Origin: Bacilli bacterium
GTDB lineage: Bacteria > Bacillota_I > Bacilli_A > ML615J-28 > CAG-698
Reading direction: 5' to 3'
Assembly (NCBI GenBank): GCA_035270985.1
Contig: DATESD010000171.1
Span: 1-24,000 of the forward strand
DNA: 24,000 bases
Shown piece by piece: positions 1-8,841 of this stretch. A program made the translations under genes and the position numbers. Under the pieces are notes generated by a model, which searched no databases, was not told where the DNA came from, and saw only the letters and a list, made by a program, of their open reading frames with translations. How positions within the stretch are numbered: position 1 is the stretch's first letter; the number at the start of each line of letters is the position of its first letter.

Positions 1-1
1 A

Positions 2-1288
2 CTATACCGAGCCCTAACAGAAAAAAGCAATCCATATTTACCGCTTAATTTACTAGAGGTCGGATTAATAAAAACTGGCCGAGATGATAAATATTACGAT
101 ATGTTTCGCTCAAGAATAATGTTTCCGATTGATGACTTAAACGGAAATATTGTTGGCTTTAGCGGTCGGACTTACCATAAAACAAGCAAAGATGAAGCAA
201 AATATGTTAATAGTAATGAAAATATAATTTTCAAAAAAAGCAATATTCTTTATAATTATTCTCGCGCCATTAACACGATCAAACAAAAAGATCATGTCTT
301 TATTTTTGAAGGGTTTTTAGATGTCATTGCTGCCTACCGAGCAAAAGTGGAAAATACTATTGCAACAATGGGAACTGCGCTAACTAATCAACAAATCATT
401 GCAATTAAAAAAACTACTATGAATATAACGCTTTGCTTTGATGGCGATAACCCCGGCATTGAAGCTACCAAGAGAGCAATCGATTTATTTAACCGCGCTA
501 ATTTCAACATTAAAGTAATGCTTTTGCCGGAAAATCTTGATCCTGATGAATATGCAAATAAATTTGGAACGGAAAGTTTAAATGACTTTTTGGAAAATAA
601 GGCTTTAAGCGCTCCGGAATATCTCTATGAATTAGAAAAACGTAACTTGAATATCAATGATCCTTATAGTATTGAATCTTTTAAGAAAAATGTATTCAAT
701 TTTTTGCGTTTGTTTAATACTAGTTCTCTAACTGAATTTTATATTAAAAAAACCGCGGCTGATTTAGAAATGGCGACCTCATCGTTAAAAGATGATTATA
801 AAAAAGGCCAACAAAAGCAAACTATTTCTGCACCGCGCAGTCGCGAGGCAGGAAGAAGGCCAGCCGCAACAAAGAAACGTTATATCGCCAATGAGAAATG
901 TGCTATTTATCATGCGTATTTTTCTAAAGATTCGTGCACTCTGATTTCAAGTGAGAAAACTAATTTTACTTATGCTGATCCAGATAATCGTAATATTTTA
1001 TTTAAATTATTTGACTTTTATAAAACTAACGATAAAGTTAACGATGATTTTGTTAATTTATTGACTGCAGAAGAAAAACAGATACTAACAAAAATCTTAC
1101 AAAAGATAAACAGTGATAATCTAATAAGCTTAGAAGAATGCTTACAAGTAAATATTGAGTTTTTCAATGAAAAAATTCAAGAAAAATTACGAGAATCTTT
1201 TAAGGACGATGAAATTGACGATAAAAAAGCAATGGAATTTATTAATTCTAAAAGAATTACCACTAAAATAGTTAAAAAAGAGGAGTGA
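2..1288 (+). CDS. dnaG: DNA primase DnaG, 5'-truncated by the window edge
   Basis: Frame 2 is open from nt 2 ([43 protein letters not shown]...), so the ATG at 101 is internal. Primase/TOPRIM-type motifs are present: [35 protein letters not shown] stop at 1286-1288. dnaG-rpoD synteny as in the Bacillus sigA operon. Confidence 0.9.
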   Translation, partial: LYRALTEKSNPYLPLNLLEVGLIKTGRDDKYYDMFRSRIMFPIDDLNGNIVGFSGRTYHKTSKDEAKYVNSNENIIFKKSNILYNYSRAINTIKQKDHVFIFEGFLDVIAAYRAKVENTIATMGTALTNQQIIAIKKTTMNITLCFDGDNPGIEATKRAIDLFNRANFNIKVMLLPENLDPDEYANKFGTESLNDFLENKALSAPEYLYELEKRNLNINDPYSIESFKKNVFNFLRLFNTSSLTEFYIKKTAADLEMATSSLKDDYKKGQQKQTISAPRSREAGRRPAATKKRYIANEKCAIYHAYFSKDSCTLISSEKTNFTYADPDNRNILFKLFDFYKTNDKVNDDFVNLLTAEEKQILTKILQKINSDNLISLEECLQVNIEFFNEKIQEKLRESFKDDEIDDKKAMEFINSKRITTKIVKKEE

Positions 1289-1292
1289 CCTT

Positions 1293-2558
1293 GTGAACTA
1301 TGAAAATCCTGAATTAGAATTAATTGTTGAAGATGGAAAGAAAAAAGGATATGTCGCTTTAAAAAAAATACTCGCAATTGTTGATGAAGAAAGTGAAGCT
1401 TTTGATGAAGTAACTAAAAAGTTGGAAGCTCTCAACATTGATATAGTGCGTGATTCTGATTTAGAAGCTTATGAATCTAACGATATCGATATCGATTCAG
1501 ATAGGTTTGTTGAAGATTTTGATGGTTTCATTGGTGAATTAGAAGGTGATCCTGAATTTACCGAGTTTACTAATGAAATTGAAAACGATTTAAAGACAAA
1601 AGATATTGAAGATATCGTTTCTGCGGTTATTACTCATACTCAAACTGATGATCCAGTAAAAATGTATTTAAAAGAAATTGGCCAAGTGCCACTATTAACG
1701 ACTACACGTGAACTAGAATTATCGCGAATTGTGCAACAAGGCTTGATTGCAAAAGATATTATTGAAATAGTTGAACTTGGGCGTCGAGAAGTAACTAACG
1801 AAGAAAAAGAAAAATTAAATTTATGTATTGAAGATGGTGAAGATGCTCGAGCGATAATAATTGAATCAAACTTAAGATTAGTTGTTTCGATTGCAAAAAG
1901 ATATTTAGGCCGTGGGATGCAATTTCAAGATTTGATTCAAGAAGGCAATATGGGATTAATGAAGTCAGTAACAAAGTTCGATCCCACTAAAGGCTTTAAA
2001 TTTTCAACATATGCAACATGGTGGATTAGGCAAGCGATAACTCGATCAATCGCTGATCAAGCGAGAACGATTAGAATTCCGGTTCATATGGTAGAGACTA
2101 TTAATAAACTAGTAAGAACGCAGCGAAAACTAACGCAAGAATTACGTCGGGAACCTACTCCTGAAGAAATTGCTGCGGAGATGAAAATTACGGTTGAAAA
2201 GGTCCAACAAATTCAAAAAATTGCTCAAGAGCCGGTTTCACTAGAAACTCCAGTCGGAGAAGAAGACGATTCAACATTAGGCGATTTTGTTCATGATAGC
2301 GAATTACCCAATCCACTTGATTATACGATTAACGAAAAATATAAAGAAGAAATTGATGAAGTATTAAAAACTTTGACTCCTCGAGAAGAAAAAGTATTGC
2401 GTTTACGTTTCGGTTTAGCCGATGGTAAACCTCATACATTAGAGGAAGTAGGCAAAGAGTTTGGGGTAACCCGCGAAAGAATTAGACAAATTGAGGCTAA
2501 GGCTATTAGGAGACTTCGACATCCGACTAGGCAAAAGCGACTTAGCCAATTTAAATAA
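1293..2558 (+). CDS. rpoD: RNA polymerase primary (group 1) sigma-70 factor, copy 1
   Basis: GTG at 1293 lies 7 nt after AGGAG (1281-1285). The 421-aa product has an acidic N-terminal region and the conserved blocks [79 protein letters not shown] and [30 protein letters not shown]. Confidence 0.95.
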   Translation: MNYENPELELIVEDGKKKGYVALKKILAIVDEESEAFDEVTKKLEALNIDIVRDSDLEAYESNDIDIDSDRFVEDFDGFIGELEGDPEFTEFTNEIENDLKTKDIEDIVSAVITHTQTDDPVKMYLKEIGQVPLLTTTRELELSRIVQQGLIAKDIIEIVELGRREVTNEEKEKLNLCIEDGEDARAIIIESNLRLVVSIAKRYLGRGMQFQDLIQEGNMGLMKSVTKFDPTKGFKFSTYATWWIRQAITRSIADQARTIRIPVHMVETINKLVRTQRKLTQELRREPTPEEIAAEMKITVEKVQQIQKIAQEPVSLETPVGEEDDSTLGDFVHDSELPNPLDYTINEKYKEEIDEVLKTLTPREEKVLRLRFGLADGKPHTLEEVGKEFGVTRERIRQIEAKAIRRLRHPTRQKRLSQFK

Positions 2559-2590
2559 AATAACAGCTAAATTTGTTGTATTAAAAATAG

Positions 2591-3877
2591 TTGAAAAAGA
2601 GGAGTGATTGTATTAACTATGAAAATTCTGAATTAGATTTGATCGTTGAAGAAGGAAAGAAAAAAAGTTATGTCCCTTTAAAAAGCATTCTGGCGATTGT
2701 CGATGAAGAAAGTGAAGCTTTTGAAGAAGTAACTAAGAAATTAGAACATTTAAATATTGATATAGTTCAAGATTCTGACTTAGAGGCTTATGAATCTAAT
2801 GAGATCGATATTGATTCTGAAAATTTTGTTGAAGACTTTGATGGATTTATTGGTGAATTAGAAGAAGACCCGGAATTTGCTGAATTTACTAGTGATATTG
2901 AAAATGATTTAAAGGCGAAAGATATCGAAGATATTGTTTCTGTAGCTATTACTCACAGTCAAACTGATGACCCAATCAAGATGTATTTAAAAGAAATTGG
3001 TCAAGTACCGTTACTAACTACTATTCGCGAATTAGAATTATCGCGAATTGTTCAACAAGGCTTGATAGCCCAAGATATTATTGAAATAGTTGATTCTGGC
3101 CATCGTGAAGTAACTAGTGAAGAAAGAGAAAAGTTAGTATTATGTATTGCTGAGGGTGATGATGCCCGAGAAATCATAATTGAGTCTAACTTACGTTTAG
3201 TTGTTTCCATTGCGAAAAGGTATTTAGGCCGCGGTATGCAATTTGAAGATTTAATCCAAGAAGGTAATATGGGGTTAATGAAATCAGTGCCTAAGTTTGA
3301 TCCAACGCGAGGATTTAAATTCTCAACATATGCAACATGGTGGATTCGCCAAGCAATAACTAGATCGATTGCTGATCAATCAAGAACTATTAGAGTCCCT
3401 GTTCACATGGTGGAAACTATTAATAAGCTATTTAGGGCGCAACGAAAACTAACACAAGAATTACGACGGGAGCCAACTCCTGAAGAAATTGCTGCGGAGA
3501 TGAAAATCACAGTTGAAAAAGTGCAGTTAATTAGAAAGATTGCTCAAACTCCGGTTTCGCTAGAAACTCCAGTTGGAGAAGAAGATGATTCAACGTTAAG
3601 TGATTTCATTCCGGATAATGAATTACCTAACCCACTTGATTATACTATTAACGAAAAATACAAAGAGGAAATCGATGAAGTATTAAAAACATTGACTCCT
3701 CGAGAAGAAAGAGTCTTACGGTTGCGCTTTGGCCTAGTTGACGGGAAACCTCATACACTAGAAGAAGTAGGCAAAGAATTTAATGTTACTCGTGAAAGAA
3801 TTAGACAAATAGAAGCTAAAGCTATTAGAAGGCTTCGTCATCCGACTAGAAAAAAGAGACTAAGTCAATTCAAATAA
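2591..3877 (+). CDS. rpoD: RNA polymerase primary (group 1) sigma-70 factor, copy 2 (tandem paralog; start codon uncertain, TTG 2591 or ATT 2612)
   Basis: Colinear with copy 1 at a constant offset of 1319 nt with no indels. All sigma-70 blocks are intact. The position homologous to the copy-1 GTG start is ATT (2612), preceded by the conserved AGGAG (2600-2604) at the same 7-nt spacing. The longest ORF starts at TTG 2591, which has no Shine-Dalgarno sequence upstream. Confidence 0.9.
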   Translation: MKKRSDCINYENSELDLIVEEGKKKSYVPLKSILAIVDEESEAFEEVTKKLEHLNIDIVQDSDLEAYESNEIDIDSENFVEDFDGFIGELEEDPEFAEFTSDIENDLKAKDIEDIVSVAITHSQTDDPIKMYLKEIGQVPLLTTIRELELSRIVQQGLIAQDIIEIVDSGHREVTSEEREKLVLCIAEGDDAREIIIESNLRLVVSIAKRYLGRGMQFEDLIQEGNMGLMKSVPKFDPTRGFKFSTYATWWIRQAITRSIADQSRTIRVPVHMVETINKLFRAQRKLTQELRREPTPEEIAAEMKITVEKVQLIRKIAQTPVSLETPVGEEDDSTLSDFIPDNELPNPLDYTINEKYKEEIDEVLKTLTPREERVLRLRFGLVDGKPHTLEEVGKEFNVTRERIRQIEAKAIRRLRHPTRKKRLSQFK

Positions 3878-3881
3878 AATT

Positions 3882-3911
3882 GCAGATAGTTTACTATCTG
3901 CTTTCTTTATT
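3882..3911 (+). terminator. Rho-independent terminator after rpoD copy 2
   Basis: Perfect 9-bp stem GCAGATAGT / ACTATCTGC (3882-3890 / 3893-3901) with loop TT, followed by TTTCTTTATT. Confidence 0.8.
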
Positions 3912-3922
3912 AGAGAGGAGAA

Positions 3923-4576
3923 ATGATGGCATCACTAAGATTAAAAACAATCGCTAACTATATTGAACCTTATAAAACAATTGCTGATGTAGGATGCGAT
4001 CATGGGCACTTAATACTAGAAGCATTTGAAAATCATTATATTGATTTTGCTCAAGCAATTGATAATAAGTCTTTACCATTAAAAAACGCCTTAAAAAACA
4101 TAACTAAAGCTGGTTTATCGAGTAAAGTTATTTTCACTTTAGGCGATGGCTTAGAGAATTTGTGGGAGGGCATCGAAGTTATTGTCATTTCTGGAATGGG
4201 TGGCTATAATATTATAAAGATATTAAGCAATAATAGTAATAATGAAGCTAAAAGATTTATCCTGCAAGCTAATCGTAATGTTTACAACTTGAGAAAATAT
4301 TTAATGGAAAATGGCTATCGGATTGTTGATGAAGATATTATTCTGGAAGACGAAAGGCACTACGAAATAGTTGTTTGTGAACGAACTGCACGGGTGGTAG
4401 ATTATAGTGAAAAAGAACTTAGATTTGGGCCGGTTTTGTTGAAAAAAAGAAGTCAAGTTTTAATTGATAAACTAAAACAAGAAAGAGATAAATTAGCTTT
4501 AATCGATATAAAAGTTGAATCAATCGATGAAAAAATAAGGAGGTTAGATGAAATTATATGCTCGCGAAAAAAATAA
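3923..4576 (+). CDS. trmK: tRNA (adenine22-N1)-methyltransferase TrmK/YqfN family
   Basis: N-terminal SAM-binding block IADVGCDHGHL and the ..VISGMGG.. motif. Position directly after sigA and before a NIF3 gene matches Bacillus synteny (sigA...yqfN-yqfO). GGAG at 3917-3920 favours the second ATG (3926) as the start. Confidence 0.8.
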   Translation: MMASLRLKTIANYIEPYKTIADVGCDHGHLILEAFENHYIDFAQAIDNKSLPLKNALKNITKAGLSSKVIFTLGDGLENLWEGIEVIVISGMGGYNIIKILSNNSNNEAKRFILQANRNVYNLRKYLMENGYRIVDEDIILEDERHYEIVVCERTARVVDYSEKELRFGPVLLKKRSQVLIDKLKQERDKLALIDIKVESIDEKIRRLDEIICSRKK

Positions 4577-5349
4577 TTGAATATCTGGAGAAAAGATTTC
4601 CTCGAGAAAATGCTGAAGATTTTGATATTCCTCGAATCGGATTAATTGTTGGTAGAGACGATTTTATCGTTAATAACATTTTATTGGCACTAGATTTATC
4701 AGTAGAAGTTGTTAATGAAGCGATAAAAAATAAGGCTAATTTTATCATTATTCACCATCCTTTCTTTTTTGAACCAATGCATAAAATATTGTTAAATACT
4801 GAAAAAGGTGATGTTGCCAAGGTGTTATTAGTGAACGATATTTCTGTATATGCGATGCACACAAACTTAGATGTCGGTGCTGGCGGTGTTAATGATGTTC
4901 TTGCTGAAAAACTTGAAATTATGAATATTCAAATCGCTAATGGTGAAGTAGGAAAACATAATTACTTGCGTTTCGGTAATATAAAAGAAATTACTTTAGA
5001 AGGACTAGCTAGATTTGTCAAAGAAACGTTTAATTTGACGGGTGTCAAAATACTAGGCGATTTCGCCCAAAAAATAAGCAAAATAGGTGTTATAGGCGGT
5101 AGTGGTGCTCATGATTTTGATATTGAATGTGCCTATCAGAACGGCTGTCAAGTTTTAATAACTGGCGAAGTAAAATTAAATAATGCTCAATACGCGAAAT
5201 ATTTAGGCTTAAACATTATTGAAGTGAACCATGGCGTCGAAAAATTTGTTTTTTATAAATTAAAAAAAGATCTAGAAATTGATCTAGATCTAAAAGATAA
5301 AGTTAAAGTATCGAAGTTTGAAACGGATCCTTTAAAATTCTTTGCATAA
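4558..5349 (+). CDS. yqfO: NIF3-family (YqfO/GTP cyclohydrolase 1 type 2 homolog) metal-binding protein
   Basis: NIF3 hallmarks IIIHHPFFF, AMHTNLDV and GGSG. The start overlaps the trmK 3' end by 19 nt. Synteny with trmK. Confidence 0.8.
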   Translation: MLAKKIIEYLEKRFPRENAEDFDIPRIGLIVGRDDFIVNNILLALDLSVEVVNEAIKNKANFIIIHHPFFFEPMHKILLNTEKGDVAKVLLVNDISVYAMHTNLDVGAGGVNDVLAEKLEIMNIQIANGEVGKHNYLRFGNIKEITLEGLARFVKETFNLTGVKILGDFAQKISKIGVIGGSGAHDFDIECAYQNGCQVLITGEVKLNNAQYAKYLGLNIIEVNHGVEKFVFYKLKKDLEIDLDLKDKVKVSKFETDPLKFFA

Positions 5350-5375
5350 AAAAAGTAGCTAAGGCTACTTTTTTA
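5350..5375. terminator. Bidirectional rho-independent terminator (serves yqfO on + and ferredoxin on -)
   Basis: AAAAAAGTAGC-TAAG-GCTACTTTTTT. The stem GTAGC/GCTAC is extended by A/T pairs, and there is an A-run on one side and a T-run on the other. Confidence 0.65.
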
Positions 5376-5383
5376 TGTTAGTT

Positions 5384-5551
5384 TTATTTTTCAATAATTG
5401 CTTCTACTGGGCACACTTCTTGGCATGAACCACAATCGATACAAGCTTCTGGATCGATAACATAAATATCGCCTTCCTTAATGCAATCAACTGGGCATTC
5501 AGATGCGCAAGTACCACAAGCGATACATGAATCTGTAATAAATCTTGGCAT
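5384..5551 (-). CDS. 2x[4Fe-4S] ferredoxin, 55 aa (not in the supplied ORF track)
   Basis: Hand translation of the minus strand gives MPRFITDSCIACGTCASECPVDCIKEGDIYVIDPEACIDCGSCQEVCPVEAIIEK*. It carries two CxxCxxCxxxCP cluster motifs. GGAGG lies 7 nt upstream of the ATG (5549-5551); the TAA stop is at 5384-5386. Confidence 0.9.
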   Translation of the reverse strand: MPRFITDSCIACGTCASECPVDCIKEGDIYVIDPEACIDCGSCQEVCPVEAIIEK

Positions 5552-5577
5552 AAAAAGTCCTCCTTTAATCCTCCTAT

Positions 5578-5606
5578 ATTATACTATAAATAGTAAAATA
5601 GGTAAA
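5578..5606 (-). promoter_or_regulatory. Putative sigma-70 promoter of the ferredoxin gene
   Basis: On the minus strand: TTTACC (5601-5606), 17-nt spacer, TATAAT (5578-5583). Confidence 0.4.
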
Positions 5607-5665
5607 GACATATTTGTAAAAATAGCAATGAAAACGAATACTGTCATTTATAAGTATTGTAATAC

Positions 5666-5694
5666 TTGCATTTTATCGATAATTATAGTAAAAT
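5666..5694 (+). promoter_or_regulatory. Putative sigma-70 promoter of yneF
   Basis: TTGCAT (5666-5671), 17-nt spacer, TAAAAT (5689-5694), about 30 nt upstream of the yneF ATG. AAGGAG RBS at 5709-5714. Confidence 0.5.
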
Positions 5695-5723
5695 AACTTA
5701 TATTAAAAAAGGAGTGATACAAT

Positions 5724-5954
5724 ATGTGGACGCTACAAATTTGGGCTTGGTGTTTAATTATTTTGGGCTTTCTTCTTGTTGGAGCTGTGATAGGCTTTTT
5801 CGTTTCAAGAAAAATAATGACAAAATATTTAGAAAAGAACCCTCCTGTTAATGAAAAAATGATCCGTGTTATGTTCCAACAAATGGGAAGAACACCATCA
5901 GAGAAGCAAGTACGTCAAGTTATGGCTTCGATGACTCAAGCTAAAAATGAATAG
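5724..5954 (+). CDS. yneF: UPF0154 (YneF) family small membrane protein
   Basis: 76 aa with an N-terminal TM helix (WAWCLIILGFLLVGAVIGFFVSRK) followed by YLEKNPPVNEKMIRVMFQQMGRTPSEKQV, typical of UPF0154. Good RBS. Lies in the yne-plsY-parEC neighbourhood as in Bacillus. Confidence 0.8.
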   Translation: MWTLQIWAWCLIILGFLLVGAVIGFFVSRKIMTKYLEKNPPVNEKMIRVMFQQMGRTPSEKQVRQVMASMTQAKNE

Positions 5955-5968
5955 TTAGAATTAAAAAT

Positions 5969-5999
5969 AAAACATGCTCCGAAAGGGCATGTTTTTTTA
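5969..5999. terminator. Bidirectional terminator between convergent yneF and plsY
   Basis: AAAACATGC(t)CC-GAAA-GGGCATGTTTT. The 9-bp outer stem plus a 2-bp inner stem is closed by a GAAA tetraloop, flanked by an A-run and a T-run. It overlaps the plsY stop codon. Confidence 0.7.
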
Positions 6000-6644
6000 T
6001 TGACTGTTTTTTCTTCCCCACTTTATTTTTGCCTCTTGATGGTGATATAATCTTTTAATGTTACTGAGATGGCGAAAGTAAATTACCGATAGAGATATTA
6101 ATGATACAATAGCGAAGTAGATATCGATATCTTTTGCTAATATATAGTCGTAACCGATAAAAGTCATTATCACAACGATTATAGTAACAAAAGAAGCGGA
6201 TATTAAAGATCCCAAGGAAACATAACTTGATAAGTAAGTTACAAGAAAGAAAATTATTAAGGCGATTAATAATAACCATGGGCAATATCCGAGAATAACT
6301 CCTCCACTCGTGGCAACTGCTTTTCCCCCTTTAAATTTTAGATAGATTGAGAAGGTATGCCCCAGGATGGCGAACAAACCGTATATCATCGGCGATAAAA
6401 AACAATATTCACTGGGGATGATATTAAATCTAAATAAGAAGACAATAATAAAACCTTTAAAGGTATCTAAAACATAAGTTATTATTGCGTATTTGTTTCC
6501 TAGAACTCTACCGGTATTTGTAGTGCCGATGTTTTTGCTCCCGTGTTCTCTAATATCAACGCCTTTAATTTTACCGATGACAAAGCCGAAGGGGATTGCC
6601 CCCAATAAATAAGCAACAACAAGTAAACCATATTTAATCATCAT
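5997..6644 (-). CDS. plsY: Glycerol-3-phosphate acyltransferase PlsY
   Basis: Polytopic membrane protein with YLLGAIPFGFVIGK..G.DIREHGSKNIGTTNTGR.LG and HTFSIYLKFKGGKAVATS. The position next to parE-parC matches Bacillus (yneS-parE-parC). Confidence 0.9.
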   Translation of the reverse strand: MMIKYGLLVVAYLLGAIPFGFVIGKIKGVDIREHGSKNIGTTNTGRVLGNKYAIITYVLDTFKGFIIVFLFRFNIIPSEYCFLSPMIYGLFAILGHTFSIYLKFKGGKAVATSGGVILGYCPWLLLIALIIFFLVTYLSSYVSLGSLISASFVTIIVVIMTFIGYDYILAKDIDIYFAIVSLISLSVIYFRHLSNIKRLYHHQEAKIKWGRKNSQ

Positions 6645-6667
6645 ATATTTTCTCCAATTTGTTATTT

Positions 6668-6696
6668 ATTATACCACAAAGTGATTAATAAAACAA
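6668..6696 (-). promoter_or_regulatory. Putative extended -10 promoter of plsY
   Basis: On the minus strand: TTGTTT (6691-6696), 17-nt spacer, TGgTATAAT (-10 at 6668-6673). GGAGA RBS before the ATG. Confidence 0.45.
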
Positions 6697-6819
6697 TATT
6701 GAAAAACAAGAAAACATTGTTGATTAACATGGTCATTGAAATACGAAAAAAACTTTTGAAGAGAGGTTAAACATACTCATAAAGCATTAATGAATACGAA
6801 AAGCAACTTAAAATATTGT

Positions 6820-6848
6820 TTTACTTTTCGTTTAATATATGCTATAAT
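6820..6848 (+). promoter_or_regulatory. Putative extended -10 promoter of the parE operon
   Basis: TTTACT (6820-6825), 17-nt spacer, TGcTATAAT (-10 at 6843-6848), about 25-35 nt upstream of the parE start codons. Confidence 0.5.
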
Positions 6849-6870
6849 ATAGATAGATTAATAAGAAGGA

Positions 6871-8841
6871 ATGATGAATATGGCAAAAATTAAAAGCGAT
6901 GATTACACTGGTGAAAAGATTCAGGTCTTAAAAGGACTAGAAGCTGTTAGGAAACGTCCGGGGATGTACATTGGTTCAACCGACTCACGGGGGCTTCATC
7001 GCCTAATATGGGAAATCATTGACAATGGCGTTGATGAAGTGTTGGGTGGTTTTGCTAACCATGTTAAGGTTATTATTCGCAAGGGTAATATTGTTGAAGT
7101 ACAGGACAACGGCCGCGGGATCCCGATTGATATGCATAAAGAGGGAGTCCCAACACCACAGGTTGTCTTTGCTACTTTGCATGCTGGTGGAAAATTTGAC
7201 TCTACAGGGGCATATAAAGTTTCTGGAGGCCTTCACGGAGTTGGAGCGAGCGTCGTTAATGCTTTGAGTGAATGGATTGAATTAACAATTAATCGTGATG
7301 GTAAGCAATATTTTCAAAGATTTGAAGATGGAGGCAAAGTTATTCGTAAGCCGAAGATTGTTGCCGATTCATCAAAGCGAAAAGGAACTACTGTTGTTTT
7401 TAAACCTGACTCGTCAATCTTCTCAACAACGTTAATAGATTATAAATTATGTGCTCAACGCTTAAAAGAAGCAGCTTTTCTAATAAAAGGCTTAAAAGCT
7501 GAATTATTTGATGAAAGAAATAATACTCATGAAATATTTAAATATGACGATGGGATTGTTGAATATGTCAATACACTAAATGAAGGAAAAGAAAAGATTC
7601 ATGAACCTGTTTACTTGGTTGGATCTTATGGTAAGATTCAAGTGGAGGCCGCACTGCAATATACGACTAAAACATATTCTGAAAATGTTTTATCGTTTGT
7701 TAATAATATTAAAACTCGCGATGGTGGAACTCATGAAACAGGGTTAAAGAGTGCCATTACAAAAACTTTTAATGATTATGCAAGGATGAAGGGCTTATTA
7801 AAAGATAAAGATCCAAACCTTGATGGTGTTGATATTCGTGAGGGACTAACGGTAGTCTTATCAATTCGCATTCCCGAAGATTTGTTGCAATTTGAAGGCC
7901 AAACTAAAAATAAACTTGGAACTGCTGATGCAAAGGTGGCAGTCGAACAAGTTGTTGGTGAGCAATTTAAATTTTATTTGTCGGAAAAAGGAGAAATCGC
8001 TAATATTCTAATCAATAATGCTCTTCGGGCCTTTAGAGCTCGTGAAGAAGCCCGTAAAGCTCGTGACTCGGTGCGGATGATTAAGCAAAAAATCGGCAAA
8101 CCGATAAATATGAATGGCAAACTGAGTCCAGTTATTGAAAAAAACCCAGAAAGAAATGAACTGTTTATCGTTGAGGGTGATTCAGCGGGAGGAAGTGCCA
8201 AACAAGGGCGTGATAGTCAATATCAAGCAATTCTTCCATTACGTGGTAAAGTAATAAATGCCGAAAAAACCAAAACTGATGAATTGTTAAAAAACGAAGA
8301 AATAATGGCAATGATTCATGCAATTGGGGCTGGATTTGGACGCGATTTTAATATTAGTAAATCGAACTATAAAAAAATAATTATCATGACCGATGCTGAT
8401 ACTGATGGTGCACATATTCAAGTTCTGCTATTGACTTTCTTTTTTCGGTATATGGCTGAATTAATTTTAAATGGATATGTTTACATTGCTTTGCCACCGC
8501 TTTATAAAATATCAGGTAAAAATATTATTGAGTATGCCTGGACCGATGAAGATTTAAAAACAAAAGCGGGAACTTATAAAAATATCAATATTCAAAGGTT
8601 TAAAGGCTTAGGGGAAATGAATAAGGATCAGCTATGGGATACAACGATGAATCCGGAAACAAGAACCTTAATTAGAGTTAATATTGAAGATTTTAGTGAT
8701 GCCGATGGCCGCATTAGTGTTTTAATGGGCGATGATGTTGAACCACGTCGCGAATGGATTGAAAAAAACGTTTCCTTTGAATACATTGATAACTTTACTT
8801 TAGAAAACGCGGAGGCAACAAACGATGGCCAAGAAATCTAG
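6871..8841 (+). CDS. parE: DNA topoisomerase IV subunit B (ParE); likely true start ATG 6880
   Basis: GHKL ATPase and TOPRIM motifs: [72 protein letters not shown]. Paired with a ParC-type A subunit. AAGGA at 6866-6870 is best spaced for the third ATG (6880). Confidence 0.88.
   Translation: MMNMAKIKSDDYTGEKIQVLKGLEAVRKRPGMYIGSTDSRGLHRLIWEIIDNGVDEVLGGFANHVKVIIRKGNIVEVQDNGRGIPIDMHKEGVPTPQVVFATLHAGGKFDSTGAYKVSGGLHGVGASVVNALSEWIELTINRDGKQYFQRFEDGGKVIRKPKIVADSSKRKGTTVVFKPDSSIFSTTLIDYKLCAQRLKEAAFLIKGLKAELFDERNNTHEIFKYDDGIVEYVNTLNEGKEKIHEPVYLVGSYGKIQVEAALQYTTKTYSENVLSFVNNIKTRDGGTHETGLKSAITKTFNDYARMKGLLKDKDPNLDGVDIREGLTVVLSIRIPEDLLQFEGQTKNKLGTADAKVAVEQVVGEQFKFYLSEKGEIANILINNALRAFRAREEARKARDSVRMIKQKIGKPINMNGKLSPVIEKNPERNELFIVEGDSAGGSAKQGRDSQYQAILPLRGKVINAEKTKTDELLKNEEIMAMIHAIGAGFGRDFNISKSNYKKIIIMTDADTDGAHIQVLLLTFFFRYMAELILNGYVYIALPPLYKISGKNIIEYAWTDEDLKTKAGTYKNINIQRFKGLGEMNKDQLWDTTMNPETRTLIRVNIEDFSDADGRISVLMGDDVEPRREWIEKNVSFEYIDNFTLENAEATNDGQEI

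Larger units (their letters stand above)
1265..3901 (+). repeat. Direct tandem duplication, unit about 1.32 kb (last ~24 nt of dnaG + RBS + rpoD + ~15 nt of 3' flank)
   Basis: AAAATAGTTaAAAAAGAGGAGTGA (1265-1288) recurs as AAAATAGTTgAAAAAGAGGAGTGA (2584-2607). The stop codons at 2556 and 3875 are also 1319 nt apart. Similarity continues about 15 nt past each stop (TAAAATaaCAGcTAaaTT vs TAAAATtgCAGaTAgtTT) and then decays. Confidence 0.85.

Noticed and set aside
1265-3901. Tandem rpoD as an assembly or collapsed-repeat artefact, or as gene plus pseudogene
   Set aside because: The copies differ at about 12% of residues and roughly 15-17% of nucleotides where I compared them. There are no frameshifts or stops, and many changes are synonymous. 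An artefact would give near-identical copies, and a pseudogene would show disruptions.
5481-5851. Track ORFs 5481..5696 (+, 71 aa) and 5666..5851 (+, 61 aa)
   Set aside because: The first is the antisense shadow of the ferredoxin gene and then runs across its promoter. The second overlaps yneF out of frame. Neither has an RBS or a recognisable motif, whereas the ferredoxin and yneF calls explain the region fully.
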